Of a stretch of DNA of 32,000 bases, positions 28,830 through 32,000 are shown piece after piece. This stretch comes from Candidatus Methylomirabilis oxygeniifera (lineage in GTDB: Bacteria; Methylomirabilota; Methylomirabilia; Methylomirabilales; Methylomirabilaceae). Location of the stretch: contig FP565575.1 of assembly GCA_000091165.1 (NCBI GenBank), positions 750,001-782,000 on the forward strand, given 5' to 3'. The notes below the pieces were generated by a model. The model worked only from the letters and a program-made list of their open reading frames with translations. It was not told the origin of the DNA and made no database searches. Every line of letters begins with the position of its first letter. Positions within the stretch are counted from its first letter, which is position 1. A program made the translations under genes and the position numbers.

Positions 28830-30385
28830 GCCGGCCGCTAACGGTATTGCTCACCAACCTCTTTCTGAGTGGTCGCTCCGGAACCGAGATCCAGACGCGG
28901 AACATTGCGCTTGAGTTGCTTCGGCAGGGACATCGACCGCTGGTCCACACGCCCGCGCTCGGGCCGATCGCGGCGGAACTCAGGAACGCATCGATCCCCG
29001 TGGTGACGGATCTGAACGATATCACTCGGCCAATCGACATCGTGCATGGCCATCACTTGCCGACGACGGTGGCCGCGATGGCACGCTTTCCGGAGACTCC
29101 TGCCATTTTCGTCTGTCATGACTTTACTGCGTGGTACGATTCTCCGCCTCAATTCCCAGCGATTCGTCGCTATGTGGCCGTCGATGAAACCGTGTACGAC
29201 CGACTGACTCTTGAAAGCGGCATTCCGACGGACAAGGTGTGCGTCCTGTTGAATGCTGTGGATATCAATCGTTTTGCGCCCAAGGAGTCGCTCCCGCCGC
29301 AACCTCGACGCGCCCTCGCGTTCGCCAAGAACCAGGGGCACATCGCCGTGATACAAGCGGCCTGCGCGCAACGGGGTATTCGTCTCGATGTGATCGGCTA
29401 CTCGGTTGGCCGCATCGTCGACGAGCCGGAGCAGATCATTCAGGGCTACGACGTTGTCTTCAGCTCGGCGCTGTCGGCAATGGAGGCGATGGCGTGCGGC
29501 CGGGCAGTAGTGGTCTGCGATGGCCGCGGACTGGCGGGGATGTGCGACGTACAAAGATTTGCCGACTGGCGCCGGTTGAACTTCGGTTTGCGCACGCTGC
29601 GCCAGCCCCTGACGCTACAGGCGATCGGAACCGAGATCGACTGCTACGACGCAGCACAGGCAGCCGAAGTCACCGCGCGACTGCGAGCGGAGGGCGGCTT
29701 GGCCGCGTATGTTGAACGGTTGACGCTGCTGTACCGGGAAGCGATGGAAGAGCAGCGCCGGACGCCGCATTCAGCGCATGATCTTTCGCGGGCCATAGTC
29801 ACGTACCTGCAGGATTGGTATCCCAATGACGCAGGCCCACGGTCTTGGCTGCGCGAACGCCGCGTACTCCTGGACACAATCGATGATCTATCGTATGGAG
29901 TACTGTGTGCGCCGCTGGACACGCCCTTGAGTTTCGGCAGCGGAGAAACTCGCCGCTGGTGGTGGAGAATACGCGGATTTTCGATCCCTGAAGACTGGGG
30001 AACCTGGACCGACGGGAGTCCGGCCATTGCCATGTTTCGGGTCGGCCAAGCCTGTGAACTGCACGCGGAATTCGCCATGCATCCGTTTGTGCCCGATAAA
30101 AGCCGCGAAATATCGGTAGATGTTACGGTCAATGGTCTGCTGCTGGATACCTGGGTCTTCCGCGGACCCGACAGTATCGAGTCGCGAATGCGTTGCGTGC
30201 GCATTCCCGAGGAGGTCATCGGCGAGGACGGCGCAATCTGGTTGGCGTTTACCATCAAGAACTCTCGCTCACCAAAGCAGCTCGGCTTGTCGGACCTGGA
30301 TCCGCGTTCGCTCGGAATCGGATTGCGTGAGGTGACGCTGCGAGCGTGGAATGCGTCCATGACCGCGAAATGTTGTGTGCATTAA
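28826..30385 (+). CDS. Glycosyltransferase (GT4-like) with extra C-terminal domain
   Basis: LTNLFLSGRSGTEIQTRNIALELLRQGHRPLVHTP, DIVHGHH, VFSSALSAMEAMACGRAVVVCDGRG; ~150-aa C-terminal extension from WWWRIRGFSIPEDWGTWTDG. Confidence 0.85.
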   Translation: MSRPLTVLLTNLFLSGRSGTEIQTRNIALELLRQGHRPLVHTPALGPIAAELRNASIPVVTDLNDITRPIDIVHGHHLPTTVAAMARFPETPAIFVCHDFTAWYDSPPQFPAIRRYVAVDETVYDRLTLESGIPTDKVCVLLNAVDINRFAPKESLPPQPRRALAFAKNQGHIAVIQAACAQRGIRLDVIGYSVGRIVDEPEQIIQGYDVVFSSALSAMEAMACGRAVVVCDGRGLAGMCDVQRFADWRRLNFGLRTLRQPLTLQAIGTEIDCYDAAQAAEVTARLRAEGGLAAYVERLTLLYREAMEEQRRTPHSAHDLSRAIVTYLQDWYPNDAGPRSWLRERRVLLDTIDDLSYGVLCAPLDTPLSFGSGETRRWWWRIRGFSIPEDWGTWTDGSPAIAMFRVGQACELHAEFAMHPFVPDKSREISVDVTVNGLLLDTWVFRGPDSIESRMRCVRIPEEVIGEDGAIWLAFTIKNSRSPKQLGLSDLDPRSLGIGLREVTLRAWNASMTAKCCVH

Positions 30386-30444
30386 TTGAGTGTACAAGCA
30401 CGTATGGTTTTGGCAGGGGCGAATTCTGTTTCGGAGATTGAGCG

Positions 30445-31686
30445 ATGACTGACCCATTGCCAGACGAGCTATCGGAAGCCGAACGGGCCCGGCGCGCCTT
30501 GATCCAATGGTCTCTGGACAAGAGCCACGTGAGACTCGGTAATATGGCCCGCTGGCACAAAGGGACGACTTATCGTCGCATGCCAGACAAGACACAACTA
30601 AGCGCCATGGGCATGGATGCGCTGGGCGACGGCTGGTTGCCGGCCGAACCGCTGATTACCCCGGAGACGCGCGTGCTGGCGATCGGCAGTTGCTTCGCGC
30701 GATATTTTATCCTCTGGCTTGCAGAACACGGCTTCAACAAAGCGGCCCCACAGTCGCCCTACAATGCGTTGCTGCGGTTTGGCTCCGATTTTGTAAGCCC
30801 CGCCGTGGTTGCTCAGCAATTCCGCTGGGCGTTCGACGAACTGGATGACAAGGACGTTCTTTGGATCGGCAAGGATAAGAATATATTTGAGGCGACCGAG
30901 GAGCGGCGCCAACTGGTGCGGGATACCTTGTTAGGGACCGAGGTTCTGCTTCTCACCTTGGGGCTGTCGGAGGTCTGGTACGACCGTGTTACAGGCGAAC
31001 CCTTGTGGCGGGCGCTTACGGAGGATCAGTTCGATCCCGAGCGCCATATCTTCCGGGTAGAGACGATGGCGCAAACGCTGCATTATTTGGAGACGATCGA
31101 GCGCTTGCGCGCGCAACACGTCCCAAACATGACGATCATATATACCGTCTCGCCGATTCGTCTCGCGGCGACGTTTCGGCCGGTATCCGCGTTGACCGCT
31201 AGCAGCGCCTCGAAGGCGATTGTGCGCGCGGCCCTGGACGAATTTCTGCGCAATCACCAGGACGGCTTACACCGAAACCTGTTCTATTTTCCGAGCTACG
31301 AACTCGTGACCGAATATTTTGTCGACCCCTACGAACATGATAATCGTCACATTTCGTCTACAGTGGCGGCAGGCATCATCCGTTACTTTGTCGCACACTA
31401 CTGTTCGGCTGACATGATCGAGCGTTCCGGGCGATCTTTGAATGATCTTGAGGGTGCAGGGCAGGATCTGGAGCGGTTCATTCAACAATCAAGAATTGCT
31501 GGTACCGACCCGCGGTCTGGCGAACTACTGGCTCGCATCGCCGAATTAGAGGGTAAGGTGGTCGACCTGCAGAAAATCTGCGATGAGCGGCAGGAAGTCA
31601 TCGTGGGTCTCGATCAGGCGGCGCGGGAACGGCTGGATCTCATTCACCGTCTCGACGCCGAGGTCAAGCGGATTCAAGGGCGGTGA
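30445..31686 (+). CDS. GSCFA domain-containing protein
   Basis: ETRVLAIGSCFARYFILWLAEHGF, LGLSEVWYD, TVSPIRL; C-terminal coiled-coil-like tail. Confidence 0.88.
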   Translation: MTDPLPDELSEAERARRALIQWSLDKSHVRLGNMARWHKGTTYRRMPDKTQLSAMGMDALGDGWLPAEPLITPETRVLAIGSCFARYFILWLAEHGFNKAAPQSPYNALLRFGSDFVSPAVVAQQFRWAFDELDDKDVLWIGKDKNIFEATEERRQLVRDTLLGTEVLLLTLGLSEVWYDRVTGEPLWRALTEDQFDPERHIFRVETMAQTLHYLETIERLRAQHVPNMTIIYTVSPIRLAATFRPVSALTASSASKAIVRAALDEFLRNHQDGLHRNLFYFPSYELVTEYFVDPYEHDNRHISSTVAAGIIRYFVAHYCSADMIERSGRSLNDLEGAGQDLERFIQQSRIAGTDPRSGELLARIAELEGKVVDLQKICDERQEVIVGLDQAARERLDLIHRLDAEVKRIQGR

Positions 31687-31886
31687 CGGATGCATTCTTG
31701 GTGTGCTATGCTTATTTGCCGAATATCATTCGCGCTGGCCGGCTTCCTCGGTATGCGATGGTGGCGTGGTAACTCCCGCTCTGGCAATGATCGAGCCGGC
31801 TTTTCCATCTTTTATCAATTTTCGGCTGCTTATGTAGGTGCCATTGTGGTCATGCCCCGCAATCCATTAGAAGCGCCCGATAGAAG

Positions 31887-32000
31887 ATGAGCCCCGAGTT
31901 CATGTCAGTCGAGTTTCCGTGGAGCGTCGCACGGGATGCGGGGGTCGACATCGCGCTCAAGAAACCGTGGCTCGTCGGATCCAACCACCACTTTCTGCGT
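31887..32000 (+). CDS. Partial hypothetical CDS running off the window: MSPEFMSVEFPWSVARDAGVDIALKKPWLVGSNHHFLR...
   Basis: Open frame of 38 codons from ATG to the window edge. Confidence 0.45.
   Translation, partial: MSPEFMSVEFPWSVARDAGVDIALKKPWLVGSNHHFLR

Overview
This 32 kb window reads as an ordinary bacterial chromosome segment. The gene content would suit an environmental lineage, but I did not assign taxonomy. In order it contains: a short Zn-ribbon ORF, an SDR/MBL-fold/RecB-like nuclease/Ogt group, tRNA-Thr(CGU), an orphan sigma-54 response regulator, a cluster of unusual putative proteases with a large duplicated-domain protein (6.5-12 kb), a TPR + M48 protease pair, a ubiE/menG-ubiA-like quinone pair, tRNA-Ala(GGC) on the minus strand, a compact RiPP-like (lasso-family) cassette (16.9-18.9 kb), and a surface-polysaccharide locus (19-32 kb). 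The polysaccharide locus has a Wzm/Wzt transporter, GDP-mannose dehydratase, fucose-synthase-like epimerase, glycosyltransferases, a sulfotransferase, a GSCFA protein and a decayed MNT/HEPN pair. The strongest lead is a 40-aa ORF at 17738..17860 that is absent from the supplied ORF track. It carries a near-consensus lasso leader motif (YxxPxL...T) directly after PqqD-like and B2-like genes and before an HPrK-like kinase. Its predicted core, GDVSVIGGVRV, lacks the Asp/Glu at positions 7-9 needed for a lasso ring, and no cyclase gene is present. Other leads are a caspase-like secreted protein beside a papain-like one, a response regulator with Glu at its phospho-acceptor position, a frameshifted HepT, and two palindromic intergenic repeats.
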